DNA of 26,933 bases, taken from an uncultured Rhodospirillaceae bacterium. GTDB taxonomy: Bacteria > Pseudomonadota > Alphaproteobacteria > RF32 > CAG-239. Of this stretch, positions 1 to 9,503 are shown piece by piece. The notes below the pieces were generated by a model that saw only the letters and a list, made by a program, of their open reading frames with translations, was not told the origin of the DNA and did not search any database. Position 1 is the stretch's first letter. Each line of letters begins with the position of its first letter. The DNA lies in assembly GCA_900313185.1 (NCBI GenBank), contig OMQI01000037.1, positions 1 to 26,933 on the forward strand, written 5' to 3'. The position numbers were made by a program, and so were the translations under genes.

Positions 1-51
1 AATTTTAACTGGCTCAAATATATGCGGTTTGTAATTTTTTGCAAGCTATTT

Positions 52-1788
52 TTATTTGTTCAAACTCTGAATTTGATAAAATTTATAGTAAGCCCCTTTG
101 CGTTTAAGCAATTCCTCGTGAGAACCCTCTTCAATGATTTTGCCTTTATCCATAACCACCAGCCTATCCATTTCTTTTAAAGTAGACAGCCGATGAGCAA
201 TGGCAATCACTGTCTTTCCTTTCATTAACTTCTTGAGTGATTTTTGAATAAATTGTTCGCTGTCACTATCGAGTGATGAAGTCGCTTCATCTAAAATAAG
301 AATCGGAGCATTTTTCAGTATGGCTCGTGCTATTGCTATACGTTGTCTTTCGCCACCTGAAAGCATTACTCCCCGTTCTCCGACCTTACTGTCATAACCA
401 TTAGGCAATTCTTTTATAAACTCATCGGCATAGGCTTGCTTTGCTGCCTCTACAACTTCTTCATCCGAGGCATTTATATTACCGTAGCGAATGTTTTCCA
501 TAATCGTCCGATTAAACAAAGCCGTGTCTTGCGGAATAACTGCAATCTTTGCCCGCAAACTTTCCTGTCTGACTTCTTTTACATTTTCTCCGCCTACTGT
601 TACTTTTCCTTTAATTACATCAAAGTAGCGCACCAGTAATTTTATCAATGTCGATTTTCCGCTGCCGGAATGCCCGACTAATCCGACTTTCTCACCCGAT
701 TTGATTTTAAGATTAAAATTCTCAAACAAATTTTCCTTGCTCGCATAATGATATGTAATGTTATCAAAATTTATGGCTCTGCCCCGCATATTTATGTTAT
801 GGGCATCCGGTAAATCCTCCACCGCACGAGGACTGAAAACAAGCTCTAAACCGTCTTTAACCTGTCCGTATTGTTGGGCAAATTCGCCGGCAAAAAATCC
901 TATATTGTTAACTTCCATCATCAATCCGGTCAAAAGCGAGGTAGACATAACCACATCTGCCAAAACCAATCGCCCCAAATACCAATAGTAGAAAACACAA
1001 ATACTTGACAGCAAATAAACCGAATAGAATACCATCTTGCCCTGAAAATCAAATATGGCATCTTTAGTACGCTCTTTCTGCTCGGCTCTTACTGCCGTAC
1101 GTAATACGTGATAAAATCGCCCTTTCTCGTAGAAATAATTGGCAAAACTTTTAACTAAATCCGAGTTGGTAACCGTATCAATAAAAACCCCGTCCGTTTC
1201 GGCATGAAAACGTGCACGTTTTTCGGAAAATGAACCTATTTTACGGCGAATTAATATAATCACTGTCATAAAAATCAAATTCAATACCGTTATAACCAGT
1301 CCCATTTGTAAATCAGCACGGCATATCAAAAACAAACTGACCAATATTCCGGTAATCGGGCGAATAAGTCCGAATACTATGTGGGCATATATTTCACGGA
1401 TACCGCTGACAATATTTTTGGTTTTAGAAGCAATCTTTCCGGCCATTTCTTCATTGAAAAAATGCACCGACTGGTGATGTATGGCCACAAAAATATCCTT
1501 ATACACCAAACTGCAAAAATAAGGCATAAATTTTCCACCCACATAGCGCCACACTAAATTGGCTATGCCTTCAAACAATAAAAATGCGGCCAATAAACAA
1601 ATATAAAATATTATTTGTGATAATACTGCCTTATCTTGAGTATATTGCGGCAAAACCCCGATAACTTGCGACATAGCAAAAACTTCGCCTCTATCAGCGA
1701 CTGCTCTGGCTATTATGGCAAACAATATAACTCCTGCCATAAGTTTGGTTTTGCGTAAATATTTCAGGATAAAGGCAAATACATTCAT
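52..1788 (-). CDS. ABC exporter, fused permease + ATPase (ABCB/MsbA-like half transporter)
   Basis: N-terminal hydrophobic TM segments. Walker A GHSGSGKST, Q-loop IPQD, signature LSGGERQR, Walker B ILILDEATS, H-loop IAHRLST. Start overlaps the upstream stop (ATGA). Confidence 0.93.
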   Translation of the reverse strand: MNVFAFILKYLRKTKLMAGVILFAIIARAVADRGEVFAMSQVIGVLPQYTQDKAVLSQIIFYICLLAAFLLFEGIANLVWRYVGGKFMPYFCSLVYKDIFVAIHHQSVHFFNEEMAGKIASKTKNIVSGIREIYAHIVFGLIRPITGILVSLFLICRADLQMGLVITVLNLIFMTVIILIRRKIGSFSEKRARFHAETDGVFIDTVTNSDLVKSFANYFYEKGRFYHVLRTAVRAEQKERTKDAIFDFQGKMVFYSVYLLSSICVFYYWYLGRLVLADVVMSTSLLTGLMMEVNNIGFFAGEFAQQYGQVKDGLELVFSPRAVEDLPDAHNINMRGRAINFDNITYHYASKENLFENFNLKIKSGEKVGLVGHSGSGKSTLIKLLVRYFDVIKGKVTVGGENVKEVRQESLRAKIAVIPQDTALFNRTIMENIRYGNINASDEEVVEAAKQAYADEFIKELPNGYDSKVGERGVMLSGGERQRIAIARAILKNAPILILDEATSSLDSDSEQFIQKSLKKLMKGKTVIAIAHRLSTLKEMDRLVVMDKGKIIEEGSHEELLKRKGAYYKFYQIQSLNK

Positions 1789-2807
1789 TCTAAAATATTT
1801 CTCCGGCGACTCTTTAATTCTGCCAATTTCTCGCTGACTTTACCGGTATCTCTACCTGTTTTTGCCAGCCTGTCATACATTTTCATTATTTCGTGTTCCA
1901 GATATGCGGTTTCAATTTCATTTTGCATAAACTGTTTGTCTTCTTCCGAACCGTCTGTCAAAAATATATCAATATGCTTTACACAATCTTCAACATTCAT
2001 ATGACGCTCGGTTTTTTGCTTTATAAAATACGGAAGTTCATAAACTAACTTGCGAGAACTGAGGTATGCCTCTCTGCCGTTTCGAGATTTATCATAGCGA
2101 ACTTTCAGTAATCTGAATGCTATTTCCAACTCTTCGGCATTATCAACCACAATAAACGGTATCGGGTCAGAAAACTCCTCATGAGCAATAAACTTCAAAT
2201 ACTCCAATAAATGGTGAAAAAAGCCGTTAATATTGTATATTATGAATGGTTTCATCGGTAACATTTCATCCTGCATTGCCACGCAATCATAGGCAAGCTC
2301 ATCCAAAGTTCCCACTCCTCCCGGTGCAAAAACCACAAAATCGGCATTAAGAAGCTTTTGTTTTCTTTCCTCCAAAGTTTGAGCAACAACTACTTCCATT
2401 TTTTGGATTAAATCATCGTCATTGGAATAAAGCGAAAAATATTTTGCGGTGGTAATTCCCTGAATCGGGCATCCCTCTTCCTTACAAGTATGTTTTTCTT
2501 CCCAACCGTCAAGAACGCCTCTGGCCACGGCTCCCATAATTCCGCTGTTGGATAAACCGAAATCCAACTTAAAATTCATCTCTACGATTTTTTTGCCCAA
2601 ATTATATGCTTCTCTGGCATATATTTCATCATTACCTGAACGAGAACCGCCGGCTACAAAAACTCTGATACCGTCTTTAACGTTCTCTTGTTTAAAATGC
2701 TCGATAACCTCATCTTCCCTAGGATTTGCCGGTGTAAATGCTTTTTTATCGACTTTTTTTCCGCCGTTACCTTCGCTTAACTCGTGAAGCCTACTGTGTT
2801 TTTTCAT
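1785..2807 (-). CDS. LOG-family (SLOG) nucleotide phosphoribohydrolase with a C-terminal extension of about 110 aa
   Basis: LOG motifs GIMGAVA, LEERKQKL and PGGVGTLDEL. Sequence continues well beyond the usual ~190-aa LOG core. Confidence 0.85.
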   Translation of the reverse strand: MKKHSRLHELSEGNGGKKVDKKAFTPANPREDEVIEHFKQENVKDGIRVFVAGGSRSGNDEIYAREAYNLGKKIVEMNFKLDFGLSNSGIMGAVARGVLDGWEEKHTCKEEGCPIQGITTAKYFSLYSNDDDLIQKMEVVVAQTLEERKQKLLNADFVVFAPGGVGTLDELAYDCVAMQDEMLPMKPFIIYNINGFFHHLLEYLKFIAHEEFSDPIPFIVVDNAEELEIAFRLLKVRYDKSRNGREAYLSSRKLVYELPYFIKQKTERHMNVEDCVKHIDIFLTDGSEEDKQFMQNEIETAYLEHEIMKMYDRLAKTGRDTGKVSEKLAELKSRRRNILE

Positions 2808-2810
2808 CGC

Positions 2811-3935
2811 TTACAGCTCCTCAATATCTCCTTTTGCCTGATTTTCATAAAACTCATCGGCAAACTGACTAAGTGTATCATTTTTTATGGCATTTCGCAA
2901 GCCCTGCATTAAACGCTCGTAGTAGCGAACATTATGCCACGTTAAAAGCATAATTCCCAACACTTCGTTACATTTCTGCAAGTGATGTATATAAGCACGG
3001 GAATAATGCGTGCATAACGGACAATCACATCCCTCTTCCAAAGGACGAGGATCCTCTTTATGGCGTGAATTTCTTATATTAATCGGTCCGTATTTGGTAA
3101 ATGCCTGTGCAGTACGCCCCGAACGGGTCGGCATCACGCAATCAAACATATCAACACCACGCAAAACCGCACCGACAATATCATCGGGACGCCCTACACC
3201 CATTAAATAACGCGGTTTATCCTCCGGTAACATTTGCGGGGCGTAGTCAAGAACTTCAAACATTTTTTCCTGTCCTTCACCAATTGCCAATCCGCCGATT
3301 GCATATCCGTCAAAACCGATTTTCTTCAAAGCTTCCGCCGATTCTTCACGTAAATCACGGAAGACATTGCCTTGCTGTATTCCAAATATTCCGTAGCCTT
3401 CCCGGTCAATAAAAGCGTCTTTACTGCGTTTAGCCCAGCGCATTGACATCCGCATTGATTTGGCACAATCTTCATAAGTGGACGGATATGGTGTGCATTC
3501 ATCCATACACATCGTAATATTGGAATCCAATTTATGTTGTATTTTAATGGCTTCTTCCGGACTTAAGAAATATTTTCTGCCGTCTATATGCGAACTGAAA
3601 GTAACTCCGTCTTCCTTAATTTTACGCAAACCGCTTAAACTCATCACTTGAAAACCGCCGGAATCGGTTAATATAGGCTTGTTCCAATTCATAAACTTGT
3701 GCAAACCGCCCATTTTTTCCACTAAATCAGCACCGGGACGCAACATCAAATGATAGGTATTACCCAACAATATCTCGGCACCGGTTGCTGCTACACTTTC
3801 CGGCATCATTGCCTTAACGGTCCCGCAAGTTCCTACCGGCATAAACGCCGGAGTATTCACCGTGCCGTGTTTGGTTATCAAACGACCTAATCTTGATTTG
3901 CCGACTTTTTTATCTATTTCAAACTTTAATCCCAT
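2811..3935 (-). CDS. tgt: tRNA-guanine(34) transglycosylase (queuosine pathway)
   Basis: [48 protein letters not shown] and Zn site CDCPLC...H. Start moved from 3968 to ATG 3935 (AAGGA RBS, no overlap with the upstream gene). Confidence 0.97.
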   Translation of the reverse strand: MGLKFEIDKKVGKSRLGRLITKHGTVNTPAFMPVGTCGTVKAMMPESVAATGAEILLGNTYHLMLRPGADLVEKMGGLHKFMNWNKPILTDSGGFQVMSLSGLRKIKEDGVTFSSHIDGRKYFLSPEEAIKIQHKLDSNITMCMDECTPYPSTYEDCAKSMRMSMRWAKRSKDAFIDREGYGIFGIQQGNVFRDLREESAEALKKIGFDGYAIGGLAIGEGQEKMFEVLDYAPQMLPEDKPRYLMGVGRPDDIVGAVLRGVDMFDCVMPTRSGRTAQAFTKYGPINIRNSRHKEDPRPLEEGCDCPLCTHYSRAYIHHLQKCNEVLGIMLLTWHNVRYYERLMQGLRNAIKNDTLSQFADEFYENQAKGDIEEL

Positions 3936-3936
3936 A

Positions 3937-5088
3937 TTACAATTGTCCTTTATAAACGTGGCTGCCAAACGGAACCGGATCTCCGATACCTTTTTGAGTT
4001 TTGTTTTTTTCTATATAGCCCATTTCGCCGTTGTCCAACATTATTTGATACCAACTCTTATCAGGCGTATATCCGGTAATACGAACTGTCTGATTTGCCT
4101 TTCCTTCCACCATTGGAGAATAACGAACATCCGGTCCGTTATAAATTGTGCAATTCTGTGTTAAATGAACCAGATATTCTTTGCTCATTGCATCACTGTC
4201 GGTTTTCATAATTTTATTTTCAACCATATCGGTAGCCACCAAACGCCCGCTTAAAACACGTTCTTCATAATAACCTTTTTCGCTTGATTTCAATGATAAA
4301 ATACCTTGACCGGCAAATAACATTAATACACTCATCACCAAACACAATACTAAAAATATCGGAAACAAATATTGTCGGCGTACCAATTCTGCCGAATTCC
4401 ACCGTGGAATTTTTACGGTCTTTTTAGGCTGGAATCCCAATTTATCGGCAAATGTTGCAATTCTTTGCCGTAAATACTCATTGTTTGCCGCCAATGCTTC
4501 TGCCTGTTTGGCGTAAATCCAAGCCATTTCAATGTTATTTTCCTGCTCGTATGCCACCGCATTATGAATTAATAATTTTAAATTATCATAATTATCGGCG
4601 GAAACCTCTTTCAAATTAAATTTAATCGCTTTTTTGGTAATCGCAAAACCGGATTTTCCCCACCAGCCTAAAAGCCAATTGTTTATAGATGTAGAAAGCA
4701 CCATATTACAGGCTTCTCTGATATTGCAAATATCTTTACTTTCTCTTGAATTTCCTTTTTTAACGGTAACTTGTCTTAATACACGCAAAGCTTTATCATC
4801 TTTTCCCGACTGGTTTTTATATATTTTCAGCGAACCCAAGGCCGGAAAATCGCTTTCTCCATACACACAGGAAAGTAAATCATATTCCATTCTTAACTTT
4901 TCATCTTTTAACACATCGTAAGCTACCGACACCTTTTGAAACATCTCAAGGGCACGTGGATTTTCATTATGATCGGGGTGCCAATACTTGGCTTTTTCAT
5001 AGTATTGTCTTTTAATTACGGAACTATCTGCACTGGGATGAACTTCAAGAGCTGCATAATATCCCAAAGCATCGGCATTCTTACTCAT
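3937..5088 (-). CDS. J-domain (DnaJ-like) membrane protein with a C-terminal bacterial SH3-like domain
   Basis: N-terminal YYAALEV...KYWHPDHN...[14 protein letters not shown]-domain with intact HPD. One TM segment ([21 protein letters not shown]). C-terminal IYNGPD...[25 protein letters not shown] matches the SH3b pattern. Confidence 0.8.
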   Translation of the reverse strand: MSKNADALGYYAALEVHPSADSSVIKRQYYEKAKYWHPDHNENPRALEMFQKVSVAYDVLKDEKLRMEYDLLSCVYGESDFPALGSLKIYKNQSGKDDKALRVLRQVTVKKGNSRESKDICNIREACNMVLSTSINNWLLGWWGKSGFAITKKAIKFNLKEVSADNYDNLKLLIHNAVAYEQENNIEMAWIYAKQAEALAANNEYLRQRIATFADKLGFQPKKTVKIPRWNSAELVRRQYLFPIFLVLCLVMSVLMLFAGQGILSLKSSEKGYYEERVLSGRLVATDMVENKIMKTDSDAMSKEYLVHLTQNCTIYNGPDVRYSPMVEGKANQTVRITGYTPDKSWYQIMLDNGEMGYIEKNKTQKGIGDPVPFGSHVYKGQL

Positions 5089-5870
5089 ACATTTTCTCCT
5101 TGTTTCACTAATCGGTTGGCAATTTGCATAATATCTTCGGCAGCTTCGGAAGAAGGATACTTATTCAACAGCAAAACGTGATTATTAATTGCATCTCGCA
5201 CTCGAGTATCACGACGCACCACTCCCAATAGGGGCGGAATTACCTTTATATATTGCTCGCAAGCGTGGCGCAAAGTGTTATATGTTTGCAAACCTTCTTC
5301 GTATGAATTAGCATAATTAACAATTATTCGCAAGTTTTTATACTTAGCCGAATCGGATGTTTCTTGCAAAAAATTATATGTTGCCACCAAATTGGAAGGT
5401 TCATTGGTGCACACCAAAATCAAATCCAACGGAGTTGGCAGAAAATGTTTAAGAACCGTTTCGTCTGAAGGCATATCAATAAACGTATAATCATAATTTT
5501 GCGCTATTATTGATATTTCCTCCCGCAATATCTGCAGTTTGCCTACCGGTAAATTTTCCAAAATATTACTGCCAGGATTATCGGCTATTATATCAAATTT
5601 TTTGCGGTTAATCGGACTTATAATTTGGTTAATGGTTTTCTGTTCATCGGCAACCTGTCTTATAACTCCTTGCAGAACCATTCCCAGCTGAAAATTTGTA
5701 TTAAGCAACCCGTTATCGGCATCAAAAAGCAACACGCTGTTTTTCAAAGAATTAACTGCGTGAGCCAAAGTCAGCGCCAACCAAGTTTTACCCATACTGC
5801 CTATACCCGATGTAATGGCAATTATGTTGCGCTTTTGTTGCAAAAATAAGTTTTTATCTGTATTTATCAT
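5085..5870 (-). CDS. FlhG/MinD/ParA-family P-loop protein with a degenerate Walker A
   Basis: IIAITSGIGSMGKT, VLLFDADNGL, YDYTFID, IIVNYA, LLGVVRRD..VRDA, PSSEAAEDI follow the FlhG/MinD pattern. Confidence 0.8.
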   Translation of the reverse strand: MINTDKNLFLQQKRNIIAITSGIGSMGKTWLALTLAHAVNSLKNSVLLFDADNGLLNTNFQLGMVLQGVIRQVADEQKTINQIISPINRKKFDIIADNPGSNILENLPVGKLQILREEISIIAQNYDYTFIDMPSDETVLKHFLPTPLDLILVCTNEPSNLVATYNFLQETSDSAKYKNLRIIVNYANSYEEGLQTYNTLRHACEQYIKVIPPLLGVVRRDTRVRDAINNHVLLLNKYPSSEAAEDIMQIANRLVKQGENV

Positions 5871-5929
5871 CTTGTGCTTTTTATTTTTCTCTTGTAATAT
5901 GTTACAGGATTGTCAGTTTTATGCAATCA

Positions 5930-5946
5930 GTTAAAATCTTTTTAAC
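5930..5946. promoter_or_regulatory. CtrA-like binding site (TTAA-N7-TTAAC, symmetric)
   Basis: gTTAAaatctttTTAAc in the divergent intergenic region 5871-6006. It reads as TTAA-N7-TTAAC on both strands. Confidence 0.45.
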
Positions 5947-6006
5947 ACAATTTATTTACATTTTATATATGATACGTTGTGCTAAGGCAAAGAAAAGGTT
6001 GGAAAA

Positions 6007-6987
6007 ATGAAAAAATTTTGGCTTATTGCTTTATTAACACTTTTAATGACATCACCTGCAAAGGCCGTCAATATGGTGCAAATTCAAGGTTATTTGGATG
6101 TTCCCATTCATATTTTGGGATTACCTGATTTTCCACCGTTTGCATACTATGAAGGAGATAACGATATTTACAATTTTCACAGTGTTTTTTTAAAGCCTGT
6201 TGTTAAAATTTTAGAGAAATATAATGTCAAAACAGAAGTTTTGCGCATTAGAGATGAAACTGTTACAGATGTAAAACTTTTACTGGTAAAAGCCAAAAGC
6301 GGTGAAGCCGAAATGTTCATAGGCGCATATTCCGATACCAAACTTTTTTCGGGATTGGACGTAATATATCCGGCAGTAATATCCAACCCGGTACATTTAA
6401 TAACTTTACCGGAAACAACGGAAAAAGTTAAAAACTATGGAGATTTGCGCAACTTAAAGGGAATTGCTTGTAAATCCGAATATTTCAGTGATTTTGTATT
6501 GCGTAAGTTCAAAGAATTAGGTATTACCTATGTTGAATCTCCATTTGAGGCTTATGAAATGATTATCACCGGCAAAGCTGATTATATGATGGGAAGCCTT
6601 TACTACAACCGTATTATGGCCAGCCGGTTCGGTGTTAACGACTATTTGACTTATTCTAAAAATCCGATTTTCAAAATCCCGTTTTTTATATCACTGTCTA
6701 AAATTATGCCGGTTCTGTCAGAGTATAAAAAAGTGTTGACCGAAGAGTTTTCAAAACCGGAATTTGCAATGGAAATCAAAAAAGAAATCTTAAATGAAGT
6801 TAATAAAGAAGTTGATAAAAATGCCGGTGTTGTACCGCCTTCTTTCATAGGCTCGCTTGAACAGTCGTCAGAAGCAGAAAATAAATATACGGATGACGAT
6901 GAGGAAGATGAAGGTATTAGCAGCGGTCATATTGTTGAACAAAAAGTTCATCAAAAAACTATTGATGAAGTCTTAGACGGAATTTAA
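6007..6987 (+). CDS. Periplasmic solute-binding protein (family 3-like) with an acidic C-terminal tail
   Basis: Signal peptide ending SPAKA, PDFPPFAY motif, 'GKADYMMG' segment. No cognate permease is adjacent. Confidence 0.7.
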   Translation: MKKFWLIALLTLLMTSPAKAVNMVQIQGYLDVPIHILGLPDFPPFAYYEGDNDIYNFHSVFLKPVVKILEKYNVKTEVLRIRDETVTDVKLLLVKAKSGEAEMFIGAYSDTKLFSGLDVIYPAVISNPVHLITLPETTEKVKNYGDLRNLKGIACKSEYFSDFVLRKFKELGITYVESPFEAYEMIITGKADYMMGSLYYNRIMASRFGVNDYLTYSKNPIFKIPFFISLSKIMPVLSEYKKVLTEEFSKPEFAMEIKKEILNEVNKEVDKNAGVVPPSFIGSLEQSSEAENKYTDDDEEDEGISSGHIVEQKVHQKTIDEVLDGI

Positions 6988-7002
6988 GGAGGTTTAAATT
7001 TT

Positions 7003-7668
7003 ATGGTTCTCTTAGTACATAGCAGTGTATTGCCGCAATGTCGAAAAATCAGAATTCTGATGGCGGAGAAAAAAATACTGTTCTTTTTGAAGGAGGAAAA
7101 TCCGTGGGCTCTTTCAAAAGACATTATGAAAATTAATCCGGCCGGCGAATTACCTATATTTATCTTTGACGGGAACATTGTTGCCGGTAATTATGCTATT
7201 ACCGAATTTTTGGAAGAAACCTACACCCAAAACCGTCTTATTAACGGAAACAACAAACAACGAGCCGAAACCAGACGCCTGTGCGATTGGTTTGATAACA
7301 AATTCCATCACGAAGTATTTCAATATATTGTCGGTGAAAAAATTTATAAACGCTTTTCATTGCGCCAACCTCCGGAATCAAAACGCATCAAAACAGGTAC
7401 CAATAACCTGCGCTTTCATCTGGAGTACATAGATTGGATTATTGAACGTAATAATTATTTGGTGGGTGACAGTTTCTCTTTGGCCGATATAAGTGCGGCG
7501 GCACAGCTTTCGGTTATAGATTATCTGGGAGATGTACCGTGGGATGACTATAAAAATGCCAAATTATGGTATTCTAAAGTTAAATCAAGACCTAGTTTCA
7601 AAGAAATATTAAACGATAGGATAAAAGGAATTTATCCTTCTAAACATTATACGGATTTGGATTTTTGA
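7003..7668 (+). CDS. fzlA: GST-fold protein, FtsZ-binding FzlA-like
   Basis: GST pattern (INPAGELP, SLADISAAAQLSVIDYLGDVPW, WYSKVKSRPSF) plus the terminal HYTDLDF typical of alphaproteobacterial FzlA. GGAGG RBS. Confidence 0.72.
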   Translation: MVLLVHSSVLPQCRKIRILMAEKKILFFLKEENPWALSKDIMKINPAGELPIFIFDGNIVAGNYAITEFLEETYTQNRLINGNNKQRAETRRLCDWFDNKFHHEVFQYIVGEKIYKRFSLRQPPESKRIKTGTNNLRFHLEYIDWIIERNNYLVGDSFSLADISAAAQLSVIDYLGDVPWDDYKNAKLWYSKVKSRPSFKEILNDRIKGIYPSKHYTDLDF

Positions 7669-7669
7669 T

Positions 7670-8128
7670 ATGAGATATGCGATTGTTTTGACCACTCTAA
7701 TTTTAGCAGCCTGTTCATCATACGGCGGGCAAGGGCAAATCATCTATAACTGGGAACGAGAAAATACCGGAATTTCCAAATTTTCCCGAGACCATTCCGA
7801 ATGTTTGAAAAAAGCTGAGGGATGGTTCCATTTACCTAATATTACAAACTGGTTTTATTCAGAAGAATATCGCTATAATATTCACGTTGATTGGCATAAA
7901 GAAAAAGGAATTTGGGCCAGTTATGTTCCTTATAAAGGGGCTTCACCGATACTTGTAAATTCAATCAGGGATTCTGCTGATTCAAATCCTCGTGATTATC
8001 GTCTGTGTATGGAAGAAAAAGGTTATTGGCATCGTACTTATGATATTCCTTCGGTTACCAATATCTTTGTATATAAGCCGCAGAAACCATCAGACCGTAT
8101 TCCGTTTGAAGAGCTTAATTATCAATAA
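7670..8128 (+). CDS. Hypothetical lipoprotein
   Basis: Lipobox LAAC (Cys15). Two further Cys (SECLK, LCMEEKGY). Starts 1 nt after the fzlA stop; its 3' end overlaps the convergent OMF gene by 14 nt. Confidence 0.7.
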   Translation: MRYAIVLTTLILAACSSYGGQGQIIYNWERENTGISKFSRDHSECLKKAEGWFHLPNITNWFYSEEYRYNIHVDWHKEKGIWASYVPYKGASPILVNSIRDSADSNPRDYRLCMEEKGYWHRTYDIPSVTNIFVYKPQKPSDRIPFEELNYQ

Positions 8129-9503
8129 TTGCGCCGCTTGCTTTGTAGTATGCAATTACATTTTGCATTATTTGCGCTCTTTCCGCAATAACGTCTTCTT
8201 GTGCTTTTATAAGATTTTGCTCGGAATTTAAAACTTCCGAAAACGTTGCAGTTCCGCTTTTATATTTTTTAAGAGTTATCTCAACAACTTTTTGAATGTT
8301 GGTTTGAGCCTGCAATTTATTTTGGTAAATTTTAACCGACGATTGATAATTTGAAAAGGCATTTTTGATTTCAGATATTGCGCTGAGAACAGTTTGTTTA
8401 TAATTCTCAAAAGCAATATTTTTTGATTGTTTTTGAATCTCAATATTGTTTTTGAGCTTATTCCAATCAAGCAGCGGCACCGAAATTGCCGGAGCATAAC
8501 CGTATCCTTCACTTGCCGAGGAAAACAGTTTTCTACCGTTTTGCGACGAATAGCCGAAAAGACCGCTGATGTTTACATCCGGATATAATTCGGCAATCGC
8601 TTTGCCAATCAAAGCATTTTGTGCTTTTAATCTTTGTTCGGCTGCTGCTACATCAGGACGTAATCTGATTACGGAAGCCGGAAGTTTTCCCATATCATCG
8701 GAAAAATTGTTATTTATTTTACCCAATAACTTTGTATTTTCCGGAATTGTCAATTGTGAGGGCAAAATTCCGGTTAAAACACTCAACGCATTCTTATAAT
8801 TTTCCACATTATTTTCATATTGAGGAATCAAAGATAACGTATCATTCAATAAATATTGAGCTTGATTATAAGCTGTAGCATCGCTTAAACCTGTTTTGTA
8901 TTGAGATTTTACCAAATCAGCGATTTGTTTTTGTAAAGAAGCATTTTGGCGAGCCAATTGCAAATATTTTTTATTTTGTTGCAAATTAACATAATCGGAG
9001 GCGACTTCTGCCGCTACGATGGTTTTTAAATTACTCAGACTAAATTCTGCCGCTTTTATATTTGCTTCATCAGCCTCTTTCTGACGCCGCCCTTTACCCC
9101 ATAAGTCCAATTCCCAAGAGGCATCAAACCCGGCACTGTAATAATCAATATTTCCGGAATATTCGATATTTTTGCTTTCTTTTTGATAGTTGTAACCTCC
9201 TTTTGCTGACACTTGAGGCAAAAAATCAGCCTGATTTACTCCGGCAATTAATCTTGCTTGTTTTAATTTTGCTTCGGCAATTGCTATATCGGTATTGTTA
9301 TTCAGTGCAATGTTTATCAAATTTTTCAAACATTCATCATCAAAAATTTTATACCAATTTTGAGATACTTTTCCTTCTTTTTTGAGCTCTAACTCATTTT
9401 TAATTACCGCCTCGGAATAAATTTCCGGGGCTGAAAAATCAGGACCTACAGTACAGGAAACACAAAACAAAATGCTCATTAAAAATATATGTTTGCTAGC
9501 CAT
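8115..9503 (-). CDS. RND outer-membrane factor lipoprotein (OprM/NodT family)
   Basis: Lipoprotein N-terminus [53 protein letters not shown]. Start moved to ATG 9503, overlapping the RND stop. Confidence 0.9.
   Translation of the reverse strand: MASKHIFLMSILFCVSCTVGPDFSAPEIYSEAVIKNELELKKEGKVSQNWYKIFDDECLKNLINIALNNNTDIAIAEAKLKQARLIAGVNQADFLPQVSAKGGYNYQKESKNIEYSGNIDYYSAGFDASWELDLWGKGRRQKEADEANIKAAEFSLSNLKTIVAAEVASDYVNLQQNKKYLQLARQNASLQKQIADLVKSQYKTGLSDATAYNQAQYLLNDTLSLIPQYENNVENYKNALSVLTGILPSQLTIPENTKLLGKINNNFSDDMGKLPASVIRLRPDVAAAEQRLKAQNALIGKAIAELYPDVNISGLFGYSSQNGRKLFSSASEGYGYAPAISVPLLDWNKLKNNIEIQKQSKNIAFENYKQTVLSAISEIKNAFSNYQSSVKIYQNKLQAQTNIQKVVEITLKKYKSGTATFSEVLNSEQNLIKAQEDVIAERAQIMQNVIAYYKASGAIIDN

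Noticed and set aside
2811-3935. Queuine-inserting (eukaryote- or Chlamydia-type) TGT
   Set aside because: The pocket keeps the bacterial Cys (MDEC) and a bulky residue in GGLAIGE, consistent with a preQ1-type enzyme.
8115-8128. 14-nt convergent overlap of the lipoprotein and OMF genes as an antisense control element
   Set aside because: Short stop-proximal overlaps are common in compact genomes, and there is no further evidence.
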